DNA of 57,631 nt, filler included, from Squatina squatina (lineage: Eukaryota), in the NCBI GenBank assembly GCA_031763465.1. It is 4 parts of 3 records of this genome, joined end to end, with 100 filler letters (N's around TTAATTAATTAA, not from the genome) between each part and the next. Parts side by side here need not be neighbours in the genome. Positions count along the whole stretch, not along the records: positions 13,250 to 29,032 come from JARFOE010000192.1; positions 29,133 to 44,557 come from JARFOE010000115.1; 2 more parts are not named here. One strand, written 5' to 3'. Below the pieces are notes generated by a model. That model ran no database searches. It saw nothing but the letters and a program-made list of their open reading frames with translations, and was not told the DNA's origin. Both the position numbers and the translations under genes were made by a program. Shown piece after piece: positions 24,751-36,986 of this stretch; within the stretch, counting starts at the first letter, position 1; each line of letters starts with the position of its first letter.

Positions 24751-24893
24751 ATATCCTGTTGAACACGTCGACTCTTGAATGAATTCAACTCCCAGCATGT
24801 GAAACATATCTCAGAACCCAGGGAAGTATAGCTCTGATTAAGTGAATATACACATACATGCACAAACACTTTATCACACCATTCAAAAATGAT

Positions 24894-25075
24894 GTGGGTG
24901 AAGTTGGTTTTCAGTGCTAGCGCAAACCAAGAGATAGGAAATCGGCAGCCCGTTTTATACCCCACCGATTTTCTTTTCCATTGAAGTAATGGAAAGCAAA
25001 TTGGGTGAGGTGTAAAATGAGCTGCCAATTTGTTATCGCCTGTTCTGTGCTACCGCAAAGAGCAATTTCATTGCC
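24894..25075. mobile_element. Palindromic MITE-like element
   Basis: Arms ggcagcccgttttataccccaccgattttcttttccatt and aatggaaagcaaattgggtgaggtgtaaaatgagctgcc are imperfect reverse complements around a gaagt loop (24983-24987). Confidence 0.75.
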
Positions 25076-26474
25076 TATAGATTTAAGGCTACTACCTAAT
25101 ATTTTCTGGAGTTCCCTGTGATCTCATTATTTTTGCAGCCACAGAATGTAGCACTGCATATTGCTGAGAAACAGTGTGTGGATAATCCAGATAGCCGTTT
25201 TTTGTCTGAACACATAACCTTCAGATGAACTTAATCTATCATTAATCAGATGCTGGAATGTGGCTACCTTACAACTAGAATTGGAAAAAGATAGCATGGT
25301 CATTTAGGATAATTTCAAAATAAACACATCTGCACTTACTCCTTAAAAAAGAATGTCAATTTTCCTAGAGGAGTTGACATGGAGCAGGTTAAATACCTGT
25401 GTTGTTGTTTCTGGAAAAGAAAGAATCTTGTAAAGTTCATCAGAATGATAAATCTTTCCCCAACAAATAGTCAACTAATTTCAGAAGCTGTAAATCACCA
25501 CTGCCTGCCAGCTCACTCTGATTCCTATCTCCTATAAAATATTACAGTCAATTTTTCATCATGGCAGTATTTCTGTACTACTGTCTTCAGGGACTTTTTT
25601 CAGTAATAAATATATGTTGTGGTGTCTCAGATTTTAGTTGCGAAAGTTATAACATTTTCCTTANNNNNNNNNNNNNNNNNNNNNNNNNNNNNNNNNNNNN
25701 NNNNNNNNNNNNNNNNNNNNNNNNNNNNNNNNNNNNNNNNNNNNNNNNNNNNNNNNNNNTATCAAGGCATTTTCTGAAAAAGCTCACCCTGCAGGGGTCT
25801 GCTAAGCATGAAATTTAGAAAGAGGTTTGATTTTAAGAAACAAGTGTCTCTGACGTCCCCTGTTGAGATAAATCAGTTTAAAATCAAGCACTTTATAGGG
25901 ATTTAGATATACAGGCAGCATCGCGCTTGACACTTGTAGATATGGTTTGCTTCAAAGCCACAGTTTCAAAATTCTTGTATCAAAGCAATTTTAACAAGTT
26001 CAAGATTTTTTAGAGAGGAAATTCACATAGGAGCAGTCTCCTCATTTCTGGGTCAGAAACCATCAATTTTCACAAGCATCAACCGGTGTGGGAAGCTTGG
26101 CAAAGAAAATATTTTGTTTTACAAATTGCATCTTATTTTACAAACCACATTTTTTACAAATCCTCCATCATGGGTTTTCCTGTGTTTCTTTTTAAAGGCT
26201 AAGTAAACTTGAATAAAGAACTTTCTGTTCTTTTCTCTCAGGTGAAATGATTCTGTGAGTGGCAGAATGCTGATTGCCTGACCAGAACGTCCATAGGTCT
26301 GAGCTGCACGACTTCTTTGGGTCTATTTCTGTCAGTTCTCAGACAGGTTGACAAATCTCCATGTGGAGGCAAAACATTGGGGGCCAAGGTAGGAACACAG
26401 AGGCAGAAAAATTAACATCCGATTATTTTACTTTGAGCAACCTAGTTGAAGGACCAAGGACTTTCTCCTTTTAG

Positions 26475-27788
26475 ATACCCAAAAAGTGCAACCTGGCCAG
26501 GCAGTGAAGGATCAGCAAGAAGACAGTAAAGATGAAGATGCACCATCACCCGATTTCACACTCGTAGCAACCAGCTCAGCTACTGACATTGTATGTAATT
26601 TAGAGGATAGCATTGAAGTGGGATTGACACGTGGTGAGACACTGGGCTCGAGTGGCTTGCAGCCAGGGTAGGGATAAGGATAGCACAGCTGCTAGCTTGC
26701 CAGAGGTCGAGCGAGGTTGCACAGAGGACTCAGATGAGTACTTCGATGAGGCAGGCTGCAGAAGAAGACTGAAGGGTAGGCACAACAAAATGCTTTGGTG
26801 TATTATTAGGCCTGCCAGAAAGCCGACGTATAATGTCAAGGATCTTGGAGGCATCCAGCACCAACTTGGCACAGGGCTTTGCGCGAGCTTGGAGCCCATC
26901 CTTTCCAGCATGGAAGTGGTGGCCAATTCCAATTGCACACTTGTGGACCCAACCATGATGCAGTCTGACGGCCGATGGCTGATGTCGCAGCTTTCATTGC
27001 TCCACAAGCAGAATGTCTGAGTTCTGCCGTGGAAGCTCACACAGCTGCCATCATGGCTGTGAATTACAGTGTGCAAAGGGGCTGGCAGGGTGCCACAGCA
27101 GTCCAGCAATCTGTCCTCCAACAGAGTACTAAAATTGCTGAGGCGCCGCCCCGGGGGAGTGGCAGTGGCTCCATGGAGCATGAATCTGCTGAACACTCTT
27201 AGAAAGACAGCATTCGTACTCCCACCACTGCCACTCCTCTACTGCCCTTGCTGTTGCCTGCCTGCCTGCCAACCAGCCCAGACTGCTGCCACCTGTGCTG
27301 AGATGGTGCAGTCCATAGCCGGGCTGTCTAGGCCCAGATCTGCTCAAAGACATGCTCCAAGACCATCTACAATCTCCTCCACTGAAAGTCAGCAGCCTTC
27401 CACCAGCCATGCTGCAGCCACGGGGTGTAGGAACACCAGGCAAGGCAAAGGCACACTGAAGGGAATGCACAAGGGTGATTAGTATGCAATATGGAATGAT
27501 TTCATTTCTAAATTTGGTTTAGAATGTTTATTTTGTGGAGGCTTTTATTTTTACATTGTGGCCAAGCGGATGCTGTGATGGTCAGTGACAGAGGGAAGGT
27601 AAAGTGTGGGACTGTTGGTAAATGGGGAATTGGGGTTGCGGTTACTGATATCTCTTGGATGAGCTCTTCACAGACAGCCCAAGCAAAAAGGGGCTGTCTA
27701 TGTTGCTTCCTCCCTTCCTCGTCCTCCCCCTCCTCTTCCTCTTTCGTCTCCTCCTCCTTATGCTACTAAGCCTCAGGTGATCACTGTA
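26475..27788. mobile_element. PIF/Harbinger transposon remnant: 3' ends of two convergent genes
   Basis: Minus strand 27640-27765 reads EEETKEEEEGEDEEGRKQHRQPLFAWAVCEELIQE, an acidic tract plus LI motif like Harbinger transposase C-termini; plus strand 26475-27482 is a decayed low-complexity ORF after an acceptor ctttctccttttag. Confidence 0.6.
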
Positions 27789-29032
27789 NNNNNNNNNNNN
27801 NNNNNNNNNNNNNNNNNNNNNNNNNNNNNNNNNNNNNNNNNNNNNNNNNNNNNNNNNNNNNNNNNNNNNNNNNNNNNNNNNNNNNNNNCTAATGGTTCTC
27901 TCACAGTTACTGTTATTCCAAGTGCACAGCTGGAGTAGATCAAGGATAAAATGATAGATTTTCTTATTGCAGAACATGCTGTTCCTGCTCAGGCATAGCT
28001 ACAGCTGAAATAAATACTAGTTTTTATTAATTAAATACGACATACTACAGATAAATGAGAGGCTAATTGTGCTTAAAGGGAATTCTGCCCTGATCTAAAT
28101 CACTGAGACATGTAATGTCTCCAGTCTGCTGCCGTGTGATTTAGTGTTCATAGTGTAGTTCATTTGTATGCCTCTGTGTTCATGGGTAAATGAACATCAA
28201 AGGTAATTCAAGTCTTTATCATAAATAAATTGTAAAATATTAGAAGCAGTAAATGATGCAATCTGGGACAATGTTGCTAGTATATAAAGTACTCTCATAC
28301 CATTTATAAAAAAAATCATGTTTAATCTGATATCCGTAACTCATGCAAAGAATGCATTCATGCGTTTTTGTGGCCCTCTTGGCAGAAGTTATGGAAATTC
28401 TAGTTCCTTAAATTTAAAAAAAAAATTATATGGAAGATGAGTGAATTCATAGGCTGAGCATAATCGTGGGGGAGGGGATTAATTTTCCATAGAAACTGTT
28501 TGCTTGTTTAATTCAGCAATCTTTCACCGCAATGTCAAAGAGCACAGCAATAACCAATTTATTACCCTAGCTGCTAAAAGTGCCCTGTTGCCCTCACTCT
28601 ACAGCGGGTGACAGGCAGGCCAATTGGCAAGTCCAGATTTTTGAAATTAAAAGGTCAAATGTTCCAAGTACTGGATCACTGCAGTGGTTTGATATTGTGC
28701 AGGGAGCATGCCGAGTGCAAGACATTATTTGTCTAGGGATAAAGCAAAGAAAAGAATTCGGCATGAAGCGGTGTCACATCAAATTTAGACAAATACAGTT
28801 GTGTGGAGTTAAGTGTCAGGTACCTAAGACTTCACTCCTGTTTAGAACTGCTCAAATCTTTTCATTCTTAGATTGATGTCACAAAGACAGCGCACTATCT
28901 TTTTGCCTTAAACTGTTGTTTCAAATGCCAAGCCTTGCAACAACAAAAAAATCCTTTTGAGTAGCAGTTAAGGGTCATACCATTTATTATACTAACACAT
29001 TAAATGCAGCATGTTAACTCTGTCTTCTGTCA

Positions 29033-29132
29033 NNNNNNNNNNNNNNNNNNNNNNNNNNNNNNNNNNNNNNNNNNNNTTAATTAATTAANNNNNNNNNNNN
29101 NNNNNNNNNNNNNNNNNNNNNNNNNNNNNNNN
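29033..29132. other. Artificial scaffold linker N44-TTAATTAATTAA-N44
   Basis: 12-mer at 29077-29088, 44 N on each side. Confidence 0.97.
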
Positions 29133-29655
29133 CTCTGTGCGGTAACTGCATGGAATCCCCTCGGTACCCTCCCAGCCAACTATCCACTTATCACCCTTCG
29201 ATAACATTCCCTCCTTCATCTGAAGGTCTGTGGCTCTGCGGGGTCCCTCTGTCGGTCTCCCCTCCAGCCTTGCATCCAACACTGCCTTCAGCACTGGGGC
29301 CTTACCCTGGAGACTTCTGAGGTCCGGGGTGGGGGAGGGGGAAAGCAACAGGAAATTCCTAATAGTTATACAGAATTCAGCCCCCCAATGCAAGGAAAGG
29401 GGATTATTGTGCAGGTTCCTTACACTTGCAATAGATAAGCCAGTTACAACAAAAGAAAGACCATTTCAGTATTGTAGGCTTTAGAATTAGAGACAGAACT
29501 GCACTTATAAGCACATGCTGATGATTTGGACGCAGCAGAGAAAGAAGCAAAACAAGATCTTAAAGTATTGATATCACCAGTTCCTTCGAATAGAGTTGAT
29601 TAGTATGTACGTACACTGAACTTCCAACTTGAGCACATGCAAATCCAGTAAGTTA

Positions 29656-29832
<177 letters not shown>

Positions 29833-30513
29833 TCAGAATGAGAAAAAGTCACACATCTCAAAGCTTTTATAAAAGGTAATTTTGCAGAGAAGTAAAAGGG
29901 AGAAGTTTCAAGTCAAGCACTTTAATTCACAACAAGAGATGCACACATATGCTTTTAATTGCTTAATGAGGTGGCATCCCTCCTGCTTGCCAGCTTACAT
30001 TCAATTTTTTTTTAAAAACACAAATCAATCGTGTGATTCACTGAACTGAAGGGGAACCATAAGAAGTAGGANNNNNNNNNNNNNNNNNNNNNNNNNNNNN
30101 NNNNNNNNNNNNNNNNNNNNNNNNNNNNNNNNNNNNNNNNNNNNNNNNNNNNNNNNNNNNNNNNNNNNNNNGTGATATCTTTTGTTCAGTAAACTGCTGC
30201 TGTTATGGCAACAGCAACGCACAAGTGGGAGTAAAGAATTCCCTTTCAGGAAACAAAATAGCTAAAGAGGATTAAAATCTGCTTTATCTTCTATACTTCT
30301 TGGTTACTGTTGTTAGTTTATTTTGCAACAACTACTGAAGCAGCCCCAGGGAGGAAACAGCTTGGAGGAACAACAAAAAAAGCTTAATGGTCTGTTTGAC
30401 TGAGTTTAAAAAAAAATTAATGGTGACACTTCCTCTCAAATGCAGAGTACCATTAGTTCAGTAAGAGGCTGCGAAGACTGGACAGTAGATTGCATTTGGT
30501 TTTCAAAACATAC

Positions 30514-30676
30514 CTGGAATAAAACCATTCAGATCTGGTTGAATGTTTTTAAACTGGTTAACATAATATTGTCTCTGCTCGTCTGTAATCTTCCAAGGAT
30601 CATCATAACCGCTGGACTGCCTACGAATTTCCATGGCATTTGTAGCAGATGGCACAGTCCTCACTGTCGTGTGCTC
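30514..30676 (-). CDS. REPS1: REPS1 exon at the start of the central EH domain
   Basis: tttgttttgcag|GAG CAC...ATT CCA G|gtatg; [54 protein letters not shown]. Confidence 0.93.
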
Positions 30677-31033
30677 CTGCAAAACAAAGACAAGGTGAAC
30701 ATTGTTTTAGACCATGGATCAAATCCTTACCCTGCACTGGATGATACAAGAGTTGTAATCAGACAATCTGACACGCTGGGTGAACCGAAACAAGAATGCA
30801 ACTCAACAACCTGACTCAGCAAGTCAAAGTTAACTTTTCACTTAAAAGTCTGTACGCAGGGCCAGAGTTTCAGGTGTAAAGCTTCATTGCTACCATCAAG
30901 GTCTGAAAGGTTCAGTACTTTGATCGGGGAAAANNNNNNNNNNNNNNNNNNNNNNNNNNNNNNNNNNNNNNNNNNNNNNNNNNNNNNNNNNNNNNNNNNN
31001 NNNNNNNNNNNNNNNNNNNNNNNNNNNNNNNNN

Positions 31034-31360
31034 TGTGTCTCCTCCGAAAGACGGCACCTCTGACAGTGCAGCATTCCCTCAGTACAGCACTGGAGCATCA
31101 GCCTGGAGTTATGTGCTCGAGTCTCTGGAGTGGGACTTGAACCTTCTGACTTAGAGGCGAGTGTGCTATCCACTGAACCACGGCTGACACATTATCACAT
31201 AGCTGTTTGTGGGAGCTTGCTGTGTGCAATTTGACTGTTGTATTTCCTACATTGCACCAGTCACTGACTACACTTGCAAAAAAAAAAGTACTTGATTGGC
31301 TGAAAAGCACTTCGGGACATCCTGAGGTTGTGCAAGGTGCGGGATAAATGCAGGTTCTCT
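31034..31360. mobile_element. Deu-domain SINE: minus-strand head (31034-31190) abutting plus-strand tail (31191-31360)
   Basis: Reverse complement of gtgtcagccgtggttcagtgg...gttcaagtcccactccagagac is directly followed by attatcacatagctgtttgtgggagcttgctg...ataaatgcagg. Confidence 0.8.
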
Positions 31361-31473
31361 AGATCATAAGTGGTCCTTAATTGCGACTGTGCATCGTTCT
31401 ATACTCAAGAACCGATGAGTGCCCCGTATCTGCCGCTGCTCCAGTAACTGGTTCTGCCTGTTGCGTTCCACAG

Positions 31474-31883
31474 AAGCGCCCTGCGCCACGCCGCTGGTGT
31501 GCGGCTTCGGACGGCCGGTCGAGCTGGAGAAGGACGACTACCAGCGGGTGGTGTGCAACAACGAGCACTGCCAGTTTGGCAACTGGATGCACCTGCAGTG
31601 CTTCTACGAGTGGGAGAGCAGCATCCTGGTCCAGTTCAACTGCATCGGTCGGGCCCGCAGTTGGAACGAGAAGCAGTGCCGCCAGAACATGTGGACCAAG
31701 AAGGGCTACGACCTGGCCTTCCGCTTCTGCTCCTGCCGCTGCGGCCAGGGCCACCTGAAGAAGGACGTGGACTGGTACCAGGCCCGGCGGCGGCAGGATG
31801 ACAAGAAGAAGAAGGCGGGGGCGGCCACCGGCTCCGACAGGGGGGGCGCCAAGGTCGGCGAGCCGCCCCCCGAGGATGGCAAG
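31474..31883 (+). CDS. HECA: Headcase homolog, 5' part of the large exon (cut by a gap)
   Basis: gcgttccacag|AA GCG CCC; APCATPLVCGFGRPVELEKDDYQRVVCNNEHC...WMHLQCFYEWESSILVQFNCIGRARSWNEKQCRQNMWTKKGYDLAFRFCSCRCGQGHLKKD. Confidence 0.95.
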
Positions 31884-32663
31884 NNNNNNNNNNNNNNNNN
31901 NNNNNNNNNNNNNNNNNNNNNNNNNNNNNNNNNNNNNNNNNNNNNNNNNNNNNNNNNNNNNNNNNNNNNNNNNNNNNNNNNNNGGAGACACACAGACAGA
32001 ATCAATGTCAGACAGATAGGTAAAGAGACAGAGACAGAAATAGAGACATGCACAAACACAAAACAAGAGATAGAAACAGCAGCCCACCCCCACCCCCGCA
32101 CACACACACACAGGGATTACAGCAACTCTTCCTGTTTGGCAGATTGTTCTGTTACCAGTTCGAGCTCTCCCCCACCCCCGAGCATGTTAATAAGGCCACG
32201 TGGAGAGGTTTAACCCTAAAGCCATTCAAAGGAAGAATGGCATCTCAAGATGAAGAGGTGGCAGTGAACTGTGCCTTTGCAACACAAGAGACTCCTTTCT
32301 CCAACAGCAGCTAGCTGGGAGAACAGAAACGGAGGACACAATTTATTGCTAATGCGCACTTCACCTCCCAATTGTTACTGGTTACCAAACAAAAATAAGC
32401 TTTCAAAAAAAAACAAACTCGAAAATGTTTCAGCTGAAATGCTGGATTTATAATCCAGACTCTGCTGTATATGTCCCCCTTCAATTCTCTTGTATATAAT
32501 GGCCCTCCCAGAGCCACTAACTCCCCTCCCCCACGACAAGAAAAGTTACTCAATAACTTGGGTGCAAGACATCAGTCTACTTCAGGCTATGTTGTCAACA
32601 GCACTAAAACAGGAATTCTGAGAAAAAGGACTGGACCATTTAGTTACCGTAATCTCCGGGGTC

Positions 32664-32669
32664 TTTATT
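32664..32669 (-). promoter_or_regulatory. Candidate CITED2 polyadenylation signal AATAAA
   Basis: tttatt on the plus strand about 1.2 kb past the CITED2 stop, across a sized gap, at the end of U-rich UTR-like sequence. Confidence 0.4.
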
Positions 32670-33830
32670 TATAACCTTCTCAAAATAAACGAAGCGTAGA
32701 ATAATAAATTAAGAAAACACACACAAATTCTGCAGCAATATTTAAGTTCGTAAAAAAATACTGTCCATGTTTTTCTCCCCCCCCACCCCCCTCAAAATGG
32801 CTTCAATACAGAATATTATGTAAACTCTAAATCAGCAATGTAGTGGCAAGTAAACAACAAAAANNNNNNNNNNNNNNNNNNNNNNNNNNNNNNNNNNNNN
32901 NNNNNNNNNNNNNNNNNNNNNNNNNNNNNNNNNNNNNNNNNNNNNNNNNNNNNNNNNNNNNNNNNNNNNNNNNNNNNNNNNNNNNNNNNNNNNNNNNNNN
33001 NNNNNNNNNNNNNNNNNNNNNNNNNNNNNNNNNNNNNNNNNNNNNNNNNNNNNNNNNNNNNNNNNNNNNNNNNNNNNNNNNNNNNNNNNNNNNNNNNNNN
33101 NNNNNNNNNNNNNNNNNNNNNNNNNNNNNNNNNNNNNNNNNNNNNNNNNNNNNNNNNNNNNNNNNNNNNNNNNNNNNNNNNNNNNNNNNNNNNNNNNNNN
33201 NNNNNNNNNNNNNNNNNNNNNNNNNNNNNNNNNNNNNNNNNNNNNNNNNNNNNNNNNNNNNNNNNNNNNNNNNNNNNNNNNNNNNNNNNNNNNNNNNNNN
33301 NNNNNNNNNNNNNNNNNNNNNNNNNNNNNNNNNNNNNNNNNNNNNNNNNNNNNNNNNNNNNNNNNNNNNNNNNNNNNNNNNNNNNNNNNNNNNNNNNNNN
33401 NNNNNNNNNNNNNNNNNNNNNNNNNNNNNNNNNNNNNNNNNNNNNNNNNNNNNNNNNNNNNNNNNNNNNNNNNNNNNNNNNNNNNNNNNNNNNNNNNNNN
33501 NNNNNNNNNNNNNNNNNNNNNNNNNNNNNNNNNNNNNNNNNNNNNNNNNNNNNNNNNNNNNNNNNNNNNNNNNNNNNNNNNNNNNNNNNNNNNNNNNNNN
33601 NNNNNNNNNNNNNNNNNNNNNNNNNNNNNNNNNNNNNNNNNNNNNNNNNNNNNNNNNNNNNNNNNACAATGAAGTCACCACCAAGTCAGCTGATGAATGG
33701 CTATTTCTTTTTTTTTAAAAAAAGCAAGGATTTCTCTCCCTCTCTCGTGTTGTTGCAAAGAATAAATTTTTTTTTTTTACAGATCACTTCAATAGTTGGA
33801 AGTCTTTTGTTTTAAGTGTTGCAACCTCTC

Positions 33831-34083
33831 TCAACAGCTCACCCGGCTTGGCTGTTGTTTGCAAACAAACTCGGTCACGAAGTCGAACTCGTTCTGTCCC
33901 AGCCACAGCTCGGGGAGTTCCTTGATCCGATCCAAGCCCAGCTCAATGACCAAGGACATCAGCACCTCCTCGTCGATGAAGTCTGTGTCTATAACGTTGG
34001 GGGGCAGTATTGCAGCAGACATGTGGTGGCTGGCTGGCATAGAAGGGCTGAGATGCTTTATTTCCCTGTACTGCTGTTGTTGT

Positions 34084-34115
<32 letters not shown>

Positions 34116-34244
34116 CTGCTGCTGGCTCAATGCACTGCCAGGGTGCAGGTCTGTCATACTGTAGTGCTGCTGGTGGCCGTAGTATTGGTTGGTCAGCTTT
34201 TGCAAGTGCATGCTGGCTGCCAGCTGGGCTGCCGGGCTGTTCCC
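33831..34244 (-). CDS. CITED2: Cbp/p300-interacting transactivator 2, C-terminal part
   Basis: [12 protein letters not shown]...[58 protein letters not shown]; the ending is CITED2-specific and the neighbours are HECA and NMBR. Confidence 0.95.
34071..34124 (-). repeat. Mixed CAG/CAA repeat encoding Q18
   Basis: 18 ctg/ttg triplets on the plus strand, in frame with CITED2. Confidence 0.95.
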
Positions 34245-35184
34245 NNNNNNNNNNNNNNNNNNNNNNNNNNNNNNNNNNNNNNNNNNNNNNNNNNNNNNNN
34301 NNNNNNNNNNNNNNNNNNNNNNNNNNNNNNNNNNNNNNNNNNNNCGGCGCCCATCGGGGCAGGCGTGAGACGCGTAATGGTCCCCTCCGGTCCAGTTGGA
34401 GTTAACGAATAGGTTCAGCGCTGATCGCCGAATAATAGATGGAGATGCCATTGCAGCGAGTCAGTCGTCAATAGCTCTGAAAGTTGATGCGGGGCAGTGA
34501 AGCAGCCCTTTAACAGGGGAGCATGTTCTGAATACAATCCTATCGAGAGAGAGAGAGAGAGCAGAGGAAAAATACAAGTGCCTGAAGCTCCATCATATAC
34601 CATTTAATATGCTAAAGTTGCAAAATGATCTGAAATTATAATTTTAAATCAGGCTGAGAGAGNNNNNNNNNNTATATTCACATGCAGTAATGTTATATTT
34701 TAGTCACAATGATTTATGTTATAGTATTGTTATGAGCCAGAGATGAGAATTACAAATGGAAGATTACATGCATGTGCAAATCTGACTTCAATAACAATGC
34801 TATGTTGTTGCCAACCCTCACTGCTGTTTAATTTAATGTTGCTGGGTGCTGCTATTTCTGGTTTAATAGACTTAAGGCAGTGACAATAAGCAATTTGTAT
34901 CTTGCTTTTGTTCTGACACATGTAATGATGCCAGTGAGTAATTCCTTCAGGGCTTCGTCTTGCTGACTCGAATACCACCTAAAACACAAACAAACAGGAG
35001 AGCATGCTGCTGTCTGTGACTAGGCTGTGTCTTCCTTCACCCCTCTCCACCCTCCCCCACCCCCGTCAAGGTGCAGAATCACATNNNNNNNNNNNNNNNN
35101 NNNNNNNNNNNNNNNNNNNNNNNNNNNNNNNNNNNNNNNNNNNNNNNNNNNNNNNNNNNNNNNNNNNNNNNNNNNNNNNNNNNN

Positions 35185-35375
35185 GGAGATCACAGAGACA
35201 AGGAGGGGCAAGGCCACGGAGGCCTTTGAAAACAAGCATGCGAATTTTAAAATTGAGGTGTTGCCGGACCGGGAGCCGATGTAGGTCAGCGAGCACAGGG
35301 GTGGTGGGTGAGCGGGACCTGGCATGAGTTATGGGGCAGCAGAGTTTTGGCTGAACTTAAGTTGGTGGAGGTTAC
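35185..35375 (-). mobile_element. L2 LINE ORF2 C-terminal fragment
   Basis: PVLADLHRLPVRQHLNFKIRMLVFKGLRGLAPPCLCDL matches the L2 LHWLP..RI.FK...APxYL motif. Confidence 0.85.
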
Positions 35376-35924
35376 AACAGGTGCAGAAATAGCACCTTGG
35401 CCTTGAAAGGGTTAAGTTACGTGCGTTGAAGACTGAAAATAGTGCTGCGTTTATAAAGAGAACCTTTCCCTGTGAATCCTTGAGCTGGATGTTCCTATCC
35501 TGCTGACATTTAGATATTCTTCTGTATCTCAGTAATGCTTCTATTCTTGTCTCTTTCTATTGCCATTAATCTTCAGCAAGACAACAGATTCTTCCCTGCA
35601 TGTCCCTAGAGATTTGTTGAATGGCTCAATTTCGACTGAGTGTGAGCATTGTAATTAACAATTAATTTTGTTTTTATGTGGCAGTTTACCTGGCGTGGCA
35701 TGTAGGCTGAGCGCTCAGCTCCTGTCTGATTGTTTATGTTAGTGCTGTCCTCTTCGATGGTACAATTAGCACAGATTTATAAAAGTTGATTGTAGTGGGG
35801 CCCGTGCAACAATGGCGATGATGAGATCAAAACCTACTTAAAGGTGTAAATCATCGTTTGCCGGGGGATGAAGGAGAGCAAGAAGCTTATCCCTTTTGTC
35901 GATCGAGCACATTTTTAATGGCTT

Positions 35925-36057
35925 TTTTGTTTATTCGTTCACAGGATGTGGGCGTCACCGGCAGGGCCAGCATTTATTGCCCTCAAGAGGTGGGTGGGGA
36001 GCCACCTTCTTGAATACACCTTAATCGGCTTGTTAGGCCATTTAAGAATCAACCACA
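35925..36057 (-). mobile_element. 3' tail of a CR1/L2-group LINE or its partner SINE
   Basis: Matches 11085-11180. Confidence 0.6.
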
Positions 36058-36157
36058 NNNNNNNNNNNNNNNNNNNNNNNNNNNNNNNNNNNNNNNNNNN
36101 NNNNNNNNNNNNNNNNNNNNNNNNNNNNNNNNNNNNNNNNNNNNNNNNNNNNNNNNN

Positions 36158-36292
36158 CTCGATAGATTTGGGGATTTTTTTTGGTATCGAGGGGATTGGA
36201 AGAGAAAAGGTCGAAGATAGGCCATGATCTTGTTGAATGGGCGGAGCAGGTTCGAGGGGCCGAATGGCCGACTCCTGCTCCTGTTTCTTTTG
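36158..36292 (+). mobile_element. CR1 LINE 3' end
   Basis: gccatgatcttgttgaatggcggagcaggttcgaggggccgaatggccgactcctgctcct, as in 18290-18360 (minus) and 44700-44760. Confidence 0.8.
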
Positions 36293-36759
36293 TTACTATG
36301 GGATGTTTTAGTTCACATTGAAGGTGTGACATAAATGCAAGTTATTGTTTGCAATGAAAAGGCTTAAATACTCCTTTTAAAATAAGGGGGAAAATGATTT
36401 CAGACCAAGGGGCCATGACCTCATATCTAATATCACGCCGGGTAATTTCTAGACTACGAAATAATTAAGGGGAGGGGAATATATACACAATTTAATGGAA
36501 CTCAAGGAACTGCTTGCTAAACTCCCTAATTCCTGACCGGCTAACGAGGTTTCATTCGAGAACTGTTAATCATAGTCACTTGTCGTTAACAAACACTGGG
36601 AGAATGGGACTGAATGTGAGCGGGTTTTTTTTGACGGTGGTGGTTAAGGAGCAGCTGTTCAGGTTCAAGCATGAACAACCCGAATCCTTTTGTTGACATT
36701 CGGCCTGCCCCCACCCTAATGAACGCGCTGTGAGACTGACAATTCCCCTGCAATGCGGT

Positions 36760-36986
36760 GCGGAGAGGCAGTGGTCAGCTGCCTGGGCCCGAAGCTTTGG
36801 AATTCGCTCCCTAAACCTCTCCGCTTCTCTCTCTCTCTCTCTCCTTCAAGTCACTCCTTAAAACCTGCCTCTTTGTCCGAGCTTTTGCTCATCCGTCCTA
36901 ATGTCTCCGTCTGTGTCTCGGCGTCAAATTTTGTCTCGATGTGAAGCGCACCAGGATGTTTTTACTATGTTTAAGGAGCCATATAT
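36760..36986 (+). mobile_element. L2 LINE 3' end
   Basis: cagctgcctgggcccgaagctttggaattcgctccctaaacctctccg matches the reverse complement of 52265-52320. Confidence 0.75.

Noticed and set aside
31984-32213. Apparent C-terminal continuation of the HECA ORF
   Set aside because: Across a gap; it is low-complexity GA/CA sequence, not HECA
33796-34412. Plus-strand poly-Cys and poly-Leu ORFs
   Set aside because: Antisense shadows of the CITED2 CAG/CAA tract
34344-34451. Apparent N-terminus MASPSIIRRS... of the CITED2 ORF
   Set aside because: It lies on a different contig across a 100-N join and does not resemble the CITED2 N-terminus
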